From NCBI GenBank assembly GCA_031287395.1, contig JAITTA010000284.1, forward strand, positions 1 to 39,119: a stretch of DNA of 39,119 nt, in the 5' to 3' direction. The notes beneath the pieces are model-generated. The model was not told the origin of the DNA, ran no database searches, and was given only the letters and a program-made list of their open reading frames with translations. Source of the stretch: Dysgonamonadaceae bacterium (GTDB lineage: Bacteria; Bacteroidota; Bacteroidia; Bacteroidales; Azobacteroidaceae). Both the position numbers and the translations under genes were made by a program. Positions 17,193-27,335 of the stretch are shown here, in pieces; position 1 is the stretch's first letter, and each line of letters starts with the position of its first letter.

Positions 17193-19325
17193 CTAATGTA
17201 TTGTTAAAGTTAGTTTGTTACTAAGCTCTTCTGCATAACCACGAATCATATCTAAATAATATTTGTCGTTGATAAAACACGGGTTACTTAACTCCCAGCC
17301 TGCATAACAATTAAAATGATATTCATTTTTTTTATCAGGTTTTAGATTAACACACCATGTTGATGTTATACCGTTTCCATTTTTATGAGTATCAAATGTG
17401 TTTACAAAATTCCTTTCGTCGATAAGCAAACTCATACCCAGGTACCAGACTTTATCATAGGTTTGTCTGTCGTGTGTACTCATCATACGATAATTGCTTA
17501 TTTTTTCAAAAACATAAGGCCTATCGTTTAAATTGTTTACAATGCCTGTTACCAGTTTACTACCTTTAGGTAAAGGAGAAGTTTTTATTACATTCTCATA
17601 TCCGTACTTGCCTGCCCAAATGGTCATTGTTTCATGTACATCAACTTTTTCTTTACCTACATCCCATCCATAAAAATCCAGTTTAAAAATACTCCGTACA
17701 GGGCCATTGGCAATTAAGATATACCGGGTCGAATCGACATTGTCCGTTATTTCATTTATGGTAATACCCAAGCGTATCAGACTATCTTTAATGTTTAATG
17801 CAATTCCTCCAAGACCTAAAGAAGCCCCACCACTCATTATATCCCTTCCCCACCAATGAAGCTGGTGGTAAGTATCTCCGGGAGTACCGTCAGATTGTAT
17901 GCCTACTGTATCCATAACCATCAGTGGCGTCCGTTTTCCAAAAATATCCCGGACATTCCTTCCATCAAAATAATGCCGGAATCCTACTTTGTCATTTTCC
18001 CATGCAGGTCCATCTGTCTGATATGGATAACCTTCTCCCCTGGGAAGATTATATTTTCCGTGTACATCCGTATCAAGAATGGCTATATTTCCGCATGAAA
18101 CCATTTTTCCGTATCTTACATTTGTCCTAGGAGTAAATACAGGGTACATTTGAGGTGCAATCCAATTGATGTAAAGTGTGTCTGACTCCCAGGCTTCCAA
18201 AGTATATACGAAAGCCCATTCATCCCATTCTCCGTCTTTATCCAAATCATCGACCTGACACGCAATCCAATTTCCATTCTTGTCTTTCAGAGCAGGAAGT
18301 TTTCTTTTTTCTTCGTATTTCAAATCTGATCTTTTAATAATAAAAGATTCATCGACTCTCTTTTTTTCAGTGTTATTCTTAACAGATATATAGTGTCGGC
18401 CAAATTTGTATGGAATGGTAATTTTCCTACAATCAGCATCCTCCTTTTCCGTCAGAATAATTTCATTATCTTTTAATTCTATGCCATTAACCTTGAAGGT
18501 TTCATATATTATGGCAAGCCATTTCTTCAATGCTTCACTCCAATCTTTTTTATAAGTGAAGCCATCGAGTAAAGCCCATCCATGTCCTCCAGTTGGGTAT
18601 ACATGTAACTCTGAATATATATTATTCTTTTTTAATGCCGTATAATAATATATACTATTAAGAGATGAAACCACACCATCATCATGACTGGTCACAATAA
18701 AAGCAGGAGGTGTTTTTTCTGATACTTGTGTTTCATTTGAGTAGAATCTGATAAGCTTTTTATCTGGATTCTCTCCTAATAGAGAATTAAAAGATCCTTT
18801 GTGTGTAATTTCTCTGCTCATGGAGATTACCGGATAGAGTAATATCTGAAAAGCAGGGCGGGTATCTTCGTCAAAATGAGTGGCTAGTGTCGAAGCTAAA
18901 TGTCCCCCGGCTGATGCACCCATAATACCAATTTTCTTTTTATCTATATGCCATTCTTCTGATTTTTCCTTTATCAAATATATAGTTTTCGCAGCATCTT
19001 CAAGAGGTACATTATTTCTTCCTGCAGGCATGCGATATTTTAAAACAATAAGTGCAATACCTTGTGCATTATAAAACGGAGCAAAATCGCTCCCTTCTTT
19101 TTCCAGTGCCAGATATGAATAAGCCCCCCCCGGACATGCGATAACAGCCATTCCATTACTGTTATCTGGCAGGTATACTTTTATCATAGCTTCATTATAG
19201 TCTTCTATTCCTTCCTTTTCAGGCCAAAGAGGCATTTCAAAACATTTTTGCGTAAAACCCTTTATCGAAGTAATGCAAAATAAGGTAAGGAGAATTATAG
19301 TTTTTATAAATACTGTTTTTTTCAT
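17193..19325 (-). CDS. Fusion of an alpha/beta-hydrolase (carbohydrate esterase-like) and a DUF4861 domain
   Basis: N-half has CPGGAY, GASAGGHLA (GxSxG), DDGVV, GGHGW. C-half has QVDDLDKDGEWDE, GPAWENDKVGFRHYFD.RN..DIFGK, NGPVRS. Confidence 0.8.
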   Translation of the reverse strand: MKKTVFIKTIILLTLFCITSIKGFTQKCFEMPLWPEKEGIEDYNEAMIKVYLPDNSNGMAVIACPGGAYSYLALEKEGSDFAPFYNAQGIALIVLKYRMPAGRNNVPLEDAAKTIYLIKEKSEEWHIDKKKIGIMGASAGGHLASTLATHFDEDTRPAFQILLYPVISMSREITHKGSFNSLLGENPDKKLIRFYSNETQVSEKTPPAFIVTSHDDGVVSSLNSIYYYTALKKNNIYSELHVYPTGGHGWALLDGFTYKKDWSEALKKWLAIIYETFKVNGIELKDNEIILTEKEDADCRKITIPYKFGRHYISVKNNTEKKRVDESFIIKRSDLKYEEKRKLPALKDKNGNWIACQVDDLDKDGEWDEWAFVYTLEAWESDTLYINWIAPQMYPVFTPRTNVRYGKMVSCGNIAILDTDVHGKYNLPRGEGYPYQTDGPAWENDKVGFRHYFDGRNVRDIFGKRTPLMVMDTVGIQSDGTPGDTYHQLHWWGRDIMSGGASLGLGGIALNIKDSLIRLGITINEITDNVDSTRYILIANGPVRSIFKLDFYGWDVGKEKVDVHETMTIWAGKYGYENVIKTSPLPKGSKLVTGIVNNLNDRPYVFEKISNYRMMSTHDRQTYDKVWYLGMSLLIDERNFVNTFDTHKNGNGITSTWCVNLKPDKKNEYHFNCYAGWELSNPCFINDKYYLDMIRGYAEELSNKLTLTIH

Positions 19326-21304
19326 TTTCCCGATTCAATTTTAATAAAAACCACACCATGAGAAGGTACAACGGATTTATATTCATTAGAAAAAACACCT
19401 TCGTCTTTTTGTTTCCATATATTACGAACTTTTCGCTTTCCTTTAATATTTATTTTATCCCATGAAATAGAAATTTCCTGCTTGTTTTCAGCTAAATTGA
19501 ATAAACCAATAGCAACAGAACCATCGCTAAGAGGTCTACTCCATATCTCAATTTCCTTCTCATTATTAGCATATACCCTATGGCCTTGTATTCCAGCAAC
19601 ATCCTGATTGATAGCGATAATTTCTTTATTACTTAATATACTTCGTGTGAAATCATCCATTTGTTCCATATCGCATCCTATCAATAAAGGAGCAGCAAGG
19701 ATACTCCATAATGTAATATGTGTATATTGTTCATCTGGGGATAAATTTGTGGAGTGTATTTCTTTTCCCCATCCCAGTTTCCCTACGATCAGCATATCCG
19801 GATCATTCCAACTTCCTGGTTTGGCATAAGGTTGCCATTTATTCTGTAAAAAACCTATTGTAGTCATACTACACCACGAATCGTGAATGTCGCCTGTTGT
19901 CCGCCATGCATTTGTCAGATTACTCCAATCTTCGGCCAACCCAAATGGTGCAGCATTGGAAATACTATAGAGAATATCTCTTCCCGATCGACGCAATAAA
20001 TATGTGAGTTCTGCTGTATGGGCTATATCATTGGTAACCCAGTCATACTTAATATAATCGAATCCCCATTCAGCCCATTGTTTTACATCATTTTTTGCAA
20101 AAGAGTACTCTCCATGTCTACGACTTGAATTAATAACTTTACCTTCTCGTGAATCAGCACTACCACCAATATATCCGGCAAAAGTTTGTACCCATGGAGA
20201 CGAATATATCCCTATTTTTAGTCCTTTACTGTGTACATAATCAACTAGCCCCTTCATATCCGGAAATTTTTCATTCGGCATTATTGCATTGTACTTTCCT
20301 CCACGTACGCCTTGCCAGCCATCATCAATATTTATATAGGAGTAACCATAATTAACCAATCCCAGTTCTACCATGAGATCGGCCATCCGCCTTATCTTAT
20401 GGTCATCAATACTTGCTCCGAACACATTCCAGCTATTCCAGCCCATGGGCGGGGTTAAACTTATCTTTTCACCTATTATGATGGTTAAATCTTTAGAATC
20501 CTTTCCATATTGATTTTCAACAGAGACATTGACTTTATAAGAACCTGCTTTCGTTGCTTTTCCTGTGATAATTCCAGTATTTTTGTCAATAGACAGACCT
20601 TCAGGTAAATTGTTAACTGTTATTTCCATGGGCCTTTCTCCTGAAACAGGAATCGTAAACAAAAATGGATTTTCGGGACGGGCACCGTAAACATGAGGAG
20701 CATTGATACTTGGCGATTTTGAAGTACTTGGGGTTAGCACATATTCTTTTTCCCGTTCTCTTTTTACTGATATGGGATCAACTCCCATAACTTCAAATCG
20801 TGCATCAACCCAATTCGTACGGTCACCTGCTATTCCATCTCCTGTATGGTCGACACGCAAAATCAGAGACTTCATTCCCTTTATGGAAATATCAATATGT
20901 TTCGCTTTTTGTCCGGCGTGCATCACTCCACTACGCCAAATAGTTTTACCATCTCCCAGGATTATGAACTCAGCGCTCGCCTGTTTCAATTCGTGTTCTG
21001 GAGCTGAATCATCTATTCCAGCCAATGCTTTGAACGAAATCGCTTTTCCATCAAGTTTTATCCTAAATACACTTGCAGCATGTGTGCCTACCCCACGCTC
21101 AAATGTTTCTCCAGCAATAGAAAGTGGTGTTTTCCACATAGATTGGTTTGCCAAAGCTTTCCCGGCTGACTGGTCAACATTGGATAAATCTAATTCATCA
21201 AGCCAAACAATGCGGGGAGCAATTGTTACGCCATATCCCATAACAATTTGTACTCCTACAAGAAATACTAACATTAGAAACACAAATTTGAAGGGCTTTT
21301 TCAT
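19322..21304 (-). CDS. GH27 alpha-galactosidase-like enzyme with NPCBM/NEW2 and Ig (He_PIG-like) domains
   Basis: RGVGTHA (NPCBM), LPEGLSID..TGIITG, LTPPMGWNSWN, INIDDGWQ, IKYDW, WRTTGD, WNDPDML. Confidence 0.9.
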   Translation of the reverse strand: MKKPFKFVFLMLVFLVGVQIVMGYGVTIAPRIVWLDELDLSNVDQSAGKALANQSMWKTPLSIAGETFERGVGTHAASVFRIKLDGKAISFKALAGIDDSAPEHELKQASAEFIILGDGKTIWRSGVMHAGQKAKHIDISIKGMKSLILRVDHTGDGIAGDRTNWVDARFEVMGVDPISVKREREKEYVLTPSTSKSPSINAPHVYGARPENPFLFTIPVSGERPMEITVNNLPEGLSIDKNTGIITGKATKAGSYKVNVSVENQYGKDSKDLTIIIGEKISLTPPMGWNSWNVFGASIDDHKIRRMADLMVELGLVNYGYSYINIDDGWQGVRGGKYNAIMPNEKFPDMKGLVDYVHSKGLKIGIYSSPWVQTFAGYIGGSADSREGKVINSSRRHGEYSFAKNDVKQWAEWGFDYIKYDWVTNDIAHTAELTYLLRRSGRDILYSISNAAPFGLAEDWSNLTNAWRTTGDIHDSWCSMTTIGFLQNKWQPYAKPGSWNDPDMLIVGKLGWGKEIHSTNLSPDEQYTHITLWSILAAPLLIGCDMEQMDDFTRSILSNKEIIAINQDVAGIQGHRVYANNEKEIEIWSRPLSDGSVAIGLFNLAENKQEISISWDKINIKGKRKVRNIWKQKDEGVFSNEYKSVVPSHGVVFIKIESGK

Positions 21305-21788
21305 CAGTTTATAAATTTAAGCTAATACAAAACAAATTTTCGATGTAAATGTATTGGATCGATGGTTATTAAGTCGAATAAAAAAGGGGACAAAGTAATA
21401 ACAAAATATAAACAAAACGTGAATAAAACTAATATTCGGCTTATTTACAGTGAATTAAAAATATTTCGGAAGTCTGCATCTTCTAATTATGACCATTAAA
21501 GTCGAAAATAAGAATACTAAATTTCATGTAGATGGAGAAGAAGTCTTGGGTATGAGTTATAAAAAATAGATTGCTCATATATAGTAGTTTATTGTATTTT
21601 GTCCCTGTTTTGTTTTCTCTTTCTTTCTCTTTTCTTAGTCTTTTGATTGCGTTGGCATACGGAGTTTAGATAAATTTGTAATCATCTTAATTTGCTCACT
21701 TGAACATGTTAACTAAAAATCTATTATAGAAGTTCAGCGAATGATAGATGAAAAACTAAAAAAGATTACAAAATAAAATACAAATAAT

Positions 21789-24700
21789 ATGCGATTCAAA
21801 ATTTTGTTAATAGTAGCTTTTTGCTTTTTTGTGAGTATAATCAATGCACAAATGAAAGAACCTCATGAATGGGTTGGCTATGAAGACGTGCTGAATGTTA
21901 AAAATGGATTACGGCAATATGATTTTGATGTGAATTTGACAGAGTCCACTGCTCCGGCCAATGTATTCTGGCCCAAAGATGATATCCACTTCAAATTCCA
22001 ACTCATCAACAACACCAAAGAAAACATAGATATAGATGCCAAAGTGCATATTATTCGCTACGGAACCAGAGGCATACCCAACAACATCTGGTTACCTAAG
22101 ATGATTAAACTTGACAATTATGAAAAAATCATCCCCGTGCGGATCAGCATCTCGCCTAACGGGTACACCAATACATCTGTGCAAATAGACGATATCAAAG
22201 ATTTCGGCGGATATGCCGTGGTGTTCGACCTCGGAAAATACGGCCGGCGGTTGGGCACAAGTTTCGCCTATATCATTAAACCGTCGTTGGTACCTATGCA
22301 ATACCCCAAACAGTCGCTAGACTATCTGGGGGTTGATTTCCTGGGCCGGATCGGCGCCCAGGCCATCCGTTACGGTGTGCCTTTCGTGTCGACAACGAAC
22401 CCCGGCTATCAGGTATACAAACAAGAGCTTCAACACCTGATGAAAAACTTTATGGATAATAACATCACCGTTATGCTGATGTTTGGCGAAGGACAGGCCG
22501 CCCAGTCTATGCCGTTGGGAACATCCCGGCCGCATCTGGACGAGAACGGTATGTTCCTCCGCACCAAGCAGGACCTGGCCTGGCTTCCCGACCAAGACGA
22601 GGACTTCAAAAAGCACGTGAAAGAATTATGCCTTGATTTCGGCTGGCCCAAAGGCCCTGTTACCTCCGTTTGTTTATGGAACGAACCCTGGGAAGGCACA
22701 TCAATATCCGGCTGGCAGGCCGATATGATCAGGTACAGGGAAATATACACCAAAATGGCCGAGGCTGTAACCGAAGCCAAAGCAGAGAATATCGACGTGC
22801 TTGTGGGAGGAGGAGATTCTAACTCCAATGCCTTCGATAAGTTTTTTGCCGACGGTAGTGATGATATATTGCCTATATTCGACTTCATCTCTATCCATTA
22901 TCAGGGCATGGACGCCCCTGTGCTCTATCCCGAATGGAACAACCGCACCTATAACAAAGGCCGTGTAAAAGTATGGGATACAGAGAGTTGGGTTGGAAAT
23001 ACCGACGACCGCATCGGGTTGGTGGTTGCCGCTAACCGCTCTGCCGGATACGACCGGTCGATGGGGATATACGGCGGCTATATGTACTCCGGCAACCCGA
23101 GCCGGTCGGTACGAACCATGAAAGTCCGCACCGAAAAAGGAGAAGAAACCATGCCGAAGCTGCACAACACATGGTCGGCAACGGCAGCTATGGGAGCCGT
23201 TCAAAACCTGATCGGCGAACGCGATTTCAACCGGCTCCTGTTTAAGAACGGGCTGCCCTGGGTGATGATATTCGACGGATACGAAAACAAGAAGGAAGAC
23301 GGAACCATTGTGATTGCAGGCGACCTGGGCGATGCCTTCGGCGCGGAGAACATACTGTTCAGGAATGTACGGAGTCTTACTGAAGCCCGCAGGAAAGTAG
23401 CCCTGCACGAACAACTGAAGAACCTGCCCGCAAACAGCGACGAACGCAAAAAAATAGAGGAGGAACTGGGTGTCTATAACCCCATTACCGACGGACGGAT
23501 GGTGATTAAAGCCCATCCTACCTTCCTGTTGTACGATTTTTATGGCAACCCGATACCTCCGGTAAACGGACGCTACGAAATACCACTGAACTACCAGGGT
23601 TATTATCTGCGTGTAAACGGCACAAAAGGCGCCTTCGACAAGTTGGTCGCTGCCGTCAGCAACGCACGGATAGAAGGGTACGAACCCATCGAGATCATTG
23701 CGAAAGACTTTGCGGCGCCCATTTCCACCCGCCCCGAAATGGAACTGCAACTCACCAATATACTGAACCGTCCGGTAAAAGGAAAACTAGCTGTTACCAT
23801 CGACGGACTGGAGCTTTCCTACCCCGTAAACCTGGCGTTTAAACCACACGAAACCCAGACTGTAAAGGTTAAAGTGGTGGAGGGCGCTGCCGGTTCGGAA
23901 AACAATTATCCGCTGGCTGTTCGTTTTGATGCCGGAGGCGATGGCTTTTCGGCACATTGGGAAAACATACACGTGAATTACATTGCCCGCAAAACCATCA
24001 GCGTAGACGGGAATCTGAACGATTGGTCGGGCATCATTCCGCAAACCATCGAAGGTTCGTCTAAGGCCAGCATTTCCTTAACCGAGGCGGCCTGGCATCC
24101 TTACCAGCAATTCGACAGCAATGCCGAAGGATTGGCACAGACTTATCTGGCTTACGATAACGACTATTTCTATTTCGCGGCTAAAGTGGCCGACAAAACA
24201 CCCGGCGAAGGAACGCTCCGGTTCGAAACCAGAGACGACAACGCTTATTTCTATCCCGATACGGCTTATATGCAAACCATTTACGCCATGCACTCCGTAT
24301 TGGTTGAACAGCCGGCGGCCGAATCGAACCAAAGCGCCTTACAACTGCCCTTGAACAAAGGGCGGGTGCTGAACTATTACGAGAATACCAAGACCACCAA
24401 ATCCATAGGAATGGATATCGATCTGCCTAAAGACAAATATACACGGACTTCCTTGTATTTCCCGGGCATCGACCAGCGGGGCATATCCGTAACGGTATAC
24501 GACCGCGACAACGGAAAGGAAGTATTCAACACCACAGTCGGCAACCTTTGGAATGGTACGTATCTGGTACTCGACCTGGCCGGAAATGTACGAATCCGCT
24601 GTTCGGCCTCTACCTGGGATGTATGGAAAAGCACGGTGAAGCTAGCCGGTTTGTTCTTCGACCCGTCCGACAATGCCATAAATACAAACAACGCGGGTGC

Positions 24701-25436
24701 GTCGGCCCTGTTAATTACAAAAGACTTCGATACGCTAGGCAACTGGATCGGGAAGTACGGAAAAACCGGTTATTATCTACCCGGTTCGGTATCTTCGCTG
24801 CCCGATAATATGGCATGCAATGTGGTTTCGCACGATGACATCAAGCCCATGGTATGGCCCGAAGGGGTAAGGAACTTTACGTACCGCAAAACAGGCATCC
24901 TGCCCGATGGCGTAACAGGCAAGCAATACGACAATATACTCATTGCCTTCAACGTGATTCCGCTGGGAGAAGACGGCATGGAAGCGACAGCCAAAGGAAC
25001 GATGCCGCGCTACGTAAGCTACAAGTGCAGCGACTACGAATATGCCCTGAATACCGTTGCCCCTGAATATGGAGGCGGCTTCGAGATCTGGCGGATGCTT
25101 GTGCCGGGAATGCCCCGCAAGCATTTCTATCCCCGTCAGCCTAAATCGCCCTACGACGGCGCGGTGAAAGACGGCAAACTCATCACCGTACGCGAAGGCA
25201 ACACCCTGTATTACGAATGCGCCATTCCCTGGAATGAAATACCGTATGTAAAAGAGGCCATAGATAAAGGGGAGAAAATAAAATTCTCTGCCCGCATAAA
25301 CGATGACGGAGCGGGTGGCGCCTGTATGGAACTGGCTCGGGGGCGTAGTGTTTCGAAAATGAACTCGCGCGCATTCCACCCTGACTGGAAGGAGCATTGG
25401 GCCAATGAAGTGGAGTTTGGCACGCTCCGGCAATGA
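21789..25436 (+). CDS. Large secreted putative glycoside hydrolase (clan GH-A-like barrel plus CBM9/DOMON-like C-terminal domain)
   Basis: Signal peptide; LWNEPW (E299), ISIHY, VWDTES (E399); VDGNLNDW...YLAYDNDYFYFAAKV.D...YECAIPW. Confidence 0.65.
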   Translation: MRFKILLIVAFCFFVSIINAQMKEPHEWVGYEDVLNVKNGLRQYDFDVNLTESTAPANVFWPKDDIHFKFQLINNTKENIDIDAKVHIIRYGTRGIPNNIWLPKMIKLDNYEKIIPVRISISPNGYTNTSVQIDDIKDFGGYAVVFDLGKYGRRLGTSFAYIIKPSLVPMQYPKQSLDYLGVDFLGRIGAQAIRYGVPFVSTTNPGYQVYKQELQHLMKNFMDNNITVMLMFGEGQAAQSMPLGTSRPHLDENGMFLRTKQDLAWLPDQDEDFKKHVKELCLDFGWPKGPVTSVCLWNEPWEGTSISGWQADMIRYREIYTKMAEAVTEAKAENIDVLVGGGDSNSNAFDKFFADGSDDILPIFDFISIHYQGMDAPVLYPEWNNRTYNKGRVKVWDTESWVGNTDDRIGLVVAANRSAGYDRSMGIYGGYMYSGNPSRSVRTMKVRTEKGEETMPKLHNTWSATAAMGAVQNLIGERDFNRLLFKNGLPWVMIFDGYENKKEDGTIVIAGDLGDAFGAENILFRNVRSLTEARRKVALHEQLKNLPANSDERKKIEEELGVYNPITDGRMVIKAHPTFLLYDFYGNPIPPVNGRYEIPLNYQGYYLRVNGTKGAFDKLVAAVSNARIEGYEPIEIIAKDFAAPISTRPEMELQLTNILNRPVKGKLAVTIDGLELSYPVNLAFKPHETQTVKVKVVEGAAGSENNYPLAVRFDAGGDGFSAHWENIHVNYIARKTISVDGNLNDWSGIIPQTIEGSSKASISLTEAAWHPYQQFDSNAEGLAQTYLAYDNDYFYFAAKVADKTPGEGTLRFETRDDNAYFYPDTAYMQTIYAMHSVLVEQPAAESNQSALQLPLNKGRVLNYYENTKTTKSIGMDIDLPKDKYTRTSLYFPGIDQRGISVTVYDRDNGKEVFNTTVGNLWNGTYLVLDLAGNVRIRCSASTWDVWKSTVKLAGLFFDPSDNAINTNNAGASALLITKDFDTLGNWIGKYGKTGYYLPGSVSSLPDNMACNVVSHDDIKPMVWPEGVRNFTYRKTGILPDGVTGKQYDNILIAFNVIPLGEDGMEATAKGTMPRYVSYKCSDYEYALNTVAPEYGGGFEIWRMLVPGMPRKHFYPRQPKSPYDGAVKDGKLITVREGNTLYYECAIPWNEIPYVKEAIDKGEKIKFSARINDDGAGGACMELARGRSVSKMNSRAFHPDWKEHWANEVEFGTLRQ

Positions 25437-25443
25437 TGCTCCT

Positions 25444-25503
25444 GATAATTTGCTGGCATACGTAAACCCATTCATTGGTACTGGTGGACACGGGCATACC
25501 TTT
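25444..25503 (+). pseudogene. N-terminal stub of a GH92 alpha-mannosidase
   Basis: DNLLAYVNPFIGTGGHGHTF is the conserved GH92 N-terminus. It breaks off where PGA normally follows. Confidence 0.8.
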
Positions 25504-25557
25504 CTGATAAATAGATTCTTACTCTTTTGTGAATCAACTTTTTTTAGAAAAAGACAG

Positions 25558-26526
25558 TCACGCCTTTGTAGACACCAGTTTCCTGAGTTTTGTCTCAAGA
25601 TCATAAAGCATTTCGCTTAAATATTCAGGAGCCTCCGGTTTTAAACGAGGCAAAGAATAAAAATCCTTGAATAACTCCGGGTTTTGGTTTAACGAACGAA
25701 TCAAATCGATATTCCCGGTATTATCTCCACCTTTATTCCAAAAGATGACTGCATCCCTGTTCAAAAATTCAGGTTCCGGATTATTATCCGAACCCCAATA
25801 AACAGGAATGGCCCCTGAAGATACCGCTTCCATCAGTTTTTCCGTAACATATCCGGGAGCATTCGAGTTCTCCGGACAAATATTAAATTGAAATCGTTCT
25901 AAATAACGAAGTTTATCGTTGTTGAAAATTTCCTTTAACTCATTCGTATTATTCAAAAAACGTCCTCCGCAACTAATTTCACCGATTTTTTCCAGGGAAT
26001 CGTAAATTTCCCTCCTGAGACCATTGGGGTCGTGCCCCGATACCAAAGAACAGAATTTTTTGGCACGAATATTATCCACACGATGGTTGGATAATTTTTC
26101 ACACAATTTTTTGATTGCAGAAGGACTTGTATCTTCCGGATCTACAAAAGGAAGTACCCACAACGGGAACCTCAAGTACGAATCATTTTCGATGCAATCA
26201 AACCCAAGGGATAAATCGAAATAGTTATTTTGCAGATAATCGGAATAATTCCGATACGAAAATCCAAATTCATCCCTATGGAGATTCTCGCCTGTAAAAA
26301 ATACCTTTACATGCGATTTATTTATCAATATGGGAAATTTTTCACCAAATACAGAAAAAAATGTGATCGTTTTACTTCGATCACACGGAATTTTTCTCGA
26401 ATGAATAAATTTTCTAAACCAGTCATTTTCGCTAAACCAATTATAGAATCGGACAGATTCATTCAATTGCATCCGTTGATCTTTAATATATTGATAAAAC
26501 GTTGTAATTATACATTTTACGGACAT
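25558..26526 (-). CDS. GT10 alpha-1,3/4-fucosyltransferase-like protein
   Basis: FFTGEN, YLRFPLW, KFCSLV, FNICPENSNAPGYVTEKL...GAIPVYWG. The start may be the downstream MQLNE. Confidence 0.88.
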   Translation of the reverse strand: MSVKCIITTFYQYIKDQRMQLNESVRFYNWFSENDWFRKFIHSRKIPCDRSKTITFFSVFGEKFPILINKSHVKVFFTGENLHRDEFGFSYRNYSDYLQNNYFDLSLGFDCIENDSYLRFPLWVLPFVDPEDTSPSAIKKLCEKLSNHRVDNIRAKKFCSLVSGHDPNGLRREIYDSLEKIGEISCGGRFLNNTNELKEIFNNDKLRYLERFQFNICPENSNAPGYVTEKLMEAVSSGAIPVYWGSDNNPEPEFLNRDAVIFWNKGGDNTGNIDLIRSLNQNPELFKDFYSLPRLKPEAPEYLSEMLYDLETKLRKLVSTKA

Positions 26527-26600
26527 TTTTATTCCTCTCTATAAATAAATTCCAATGATTTTCCAACTCGCCCAAGAATGTAATCACTTCCGGCCAAGGT

Positions 26601-27335
26601 TCAACTAAAAGATAATTTTCGTTTGTATTTACTTGTCAATGAATAGAAACGCCATAAAAATAAAGTCAACGGCTGCTTGTATTTTTGTCGTAAATACGAT
26701 AATTCTTTTTTATGAACGACTTTTCGATTGATCGTATAGGAAACAGCACCGTCCCAAATTCTGGAAACATAATATAATCCATTCAAAATAAAAGGTTTGC
26801 CATAAACGGTGTATAACCTGTAATAAAATTCGCAATCCATCAACCAGGATAAGTTTTCATCAAAAAACAGGTCGTCTGTTTTTTTGAACCAGATACCGGT
26901 AGGAGCTCCAATTGTATTGATACCCAATAACATGCGATTATTCCATTTAGGGACATAAGTTGTCTCGTTATTTGAATTTTTATAACCCAAGGCGCCCCAA
27001 GCGCTTCCCGAATCAATAATATTTTCTATCATGCAGTTGTTTACAATCCAATCATCCTGAAATATCGGTTTGATGATTTCGTATCTTGCCTGCCTGACCG
27101 CATTATTTAGGTTGTCCGAACTTCCTTTTTTCCCGGATAGATTTTTGACATATCTCACATCCATAACATAGGCGGCGTCTTTTATAAACTCTTCTATGAG
27201 ATTATCTTCACTATCGTCTGAAATCACGACCTCAAAATCCCGGCAGGTTTGAGTCTGCAGGCTATCGAGCGCCTGCTTTAGAAACTCAATCCCGCGATTT
27301 TGCATATTATACACAGGAATACAAATCGATATCAT
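26601..27335 (-). CDS. GT2-family glycosyltransferase
   Basis: ISICIPVYN, FEVVISDDS, FQDD, FDENL..LMDCEF. Confidence 0.88.
   Translation of the reverse strand: MISICIPVYNMQNRGIEFLKQALDSLQTQTCRDFEVVISDDSEDNLIEEFIKDAAYVMDVRYVKNLSGKKGSSDNLNNAVRQARYEIIKPIFQDDWIVNNCMIENIIDSGSAWGALGYKNSNNETTYVPKWNNRMLLGINTIGAPTGIWFKKTDDLFFDENLSWLMDCEFYYRLYTVYGKPFILNGLYYVSRIWDGAVSYTINRKVVHKKELSYLRQKYKQPLTLFLWRFYSLTSKYKRKLSFS

Noticed and set aside
20703-21314. 203-aa plus-strand ORF
   Set aside because: Antisense shadow of the GH27 gene.
22701-25604. Minus-strand ORFs of 349 and 275 aa
   Set aside because: Antisense shadows of a GC-rich gene, where stop codons are scarce.
25405-25620. 71-aa ORF as a real gene
   Set aside because: It overlaps both neighbours, and only 20 codons are GH92-like. 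Treated as a remnant.
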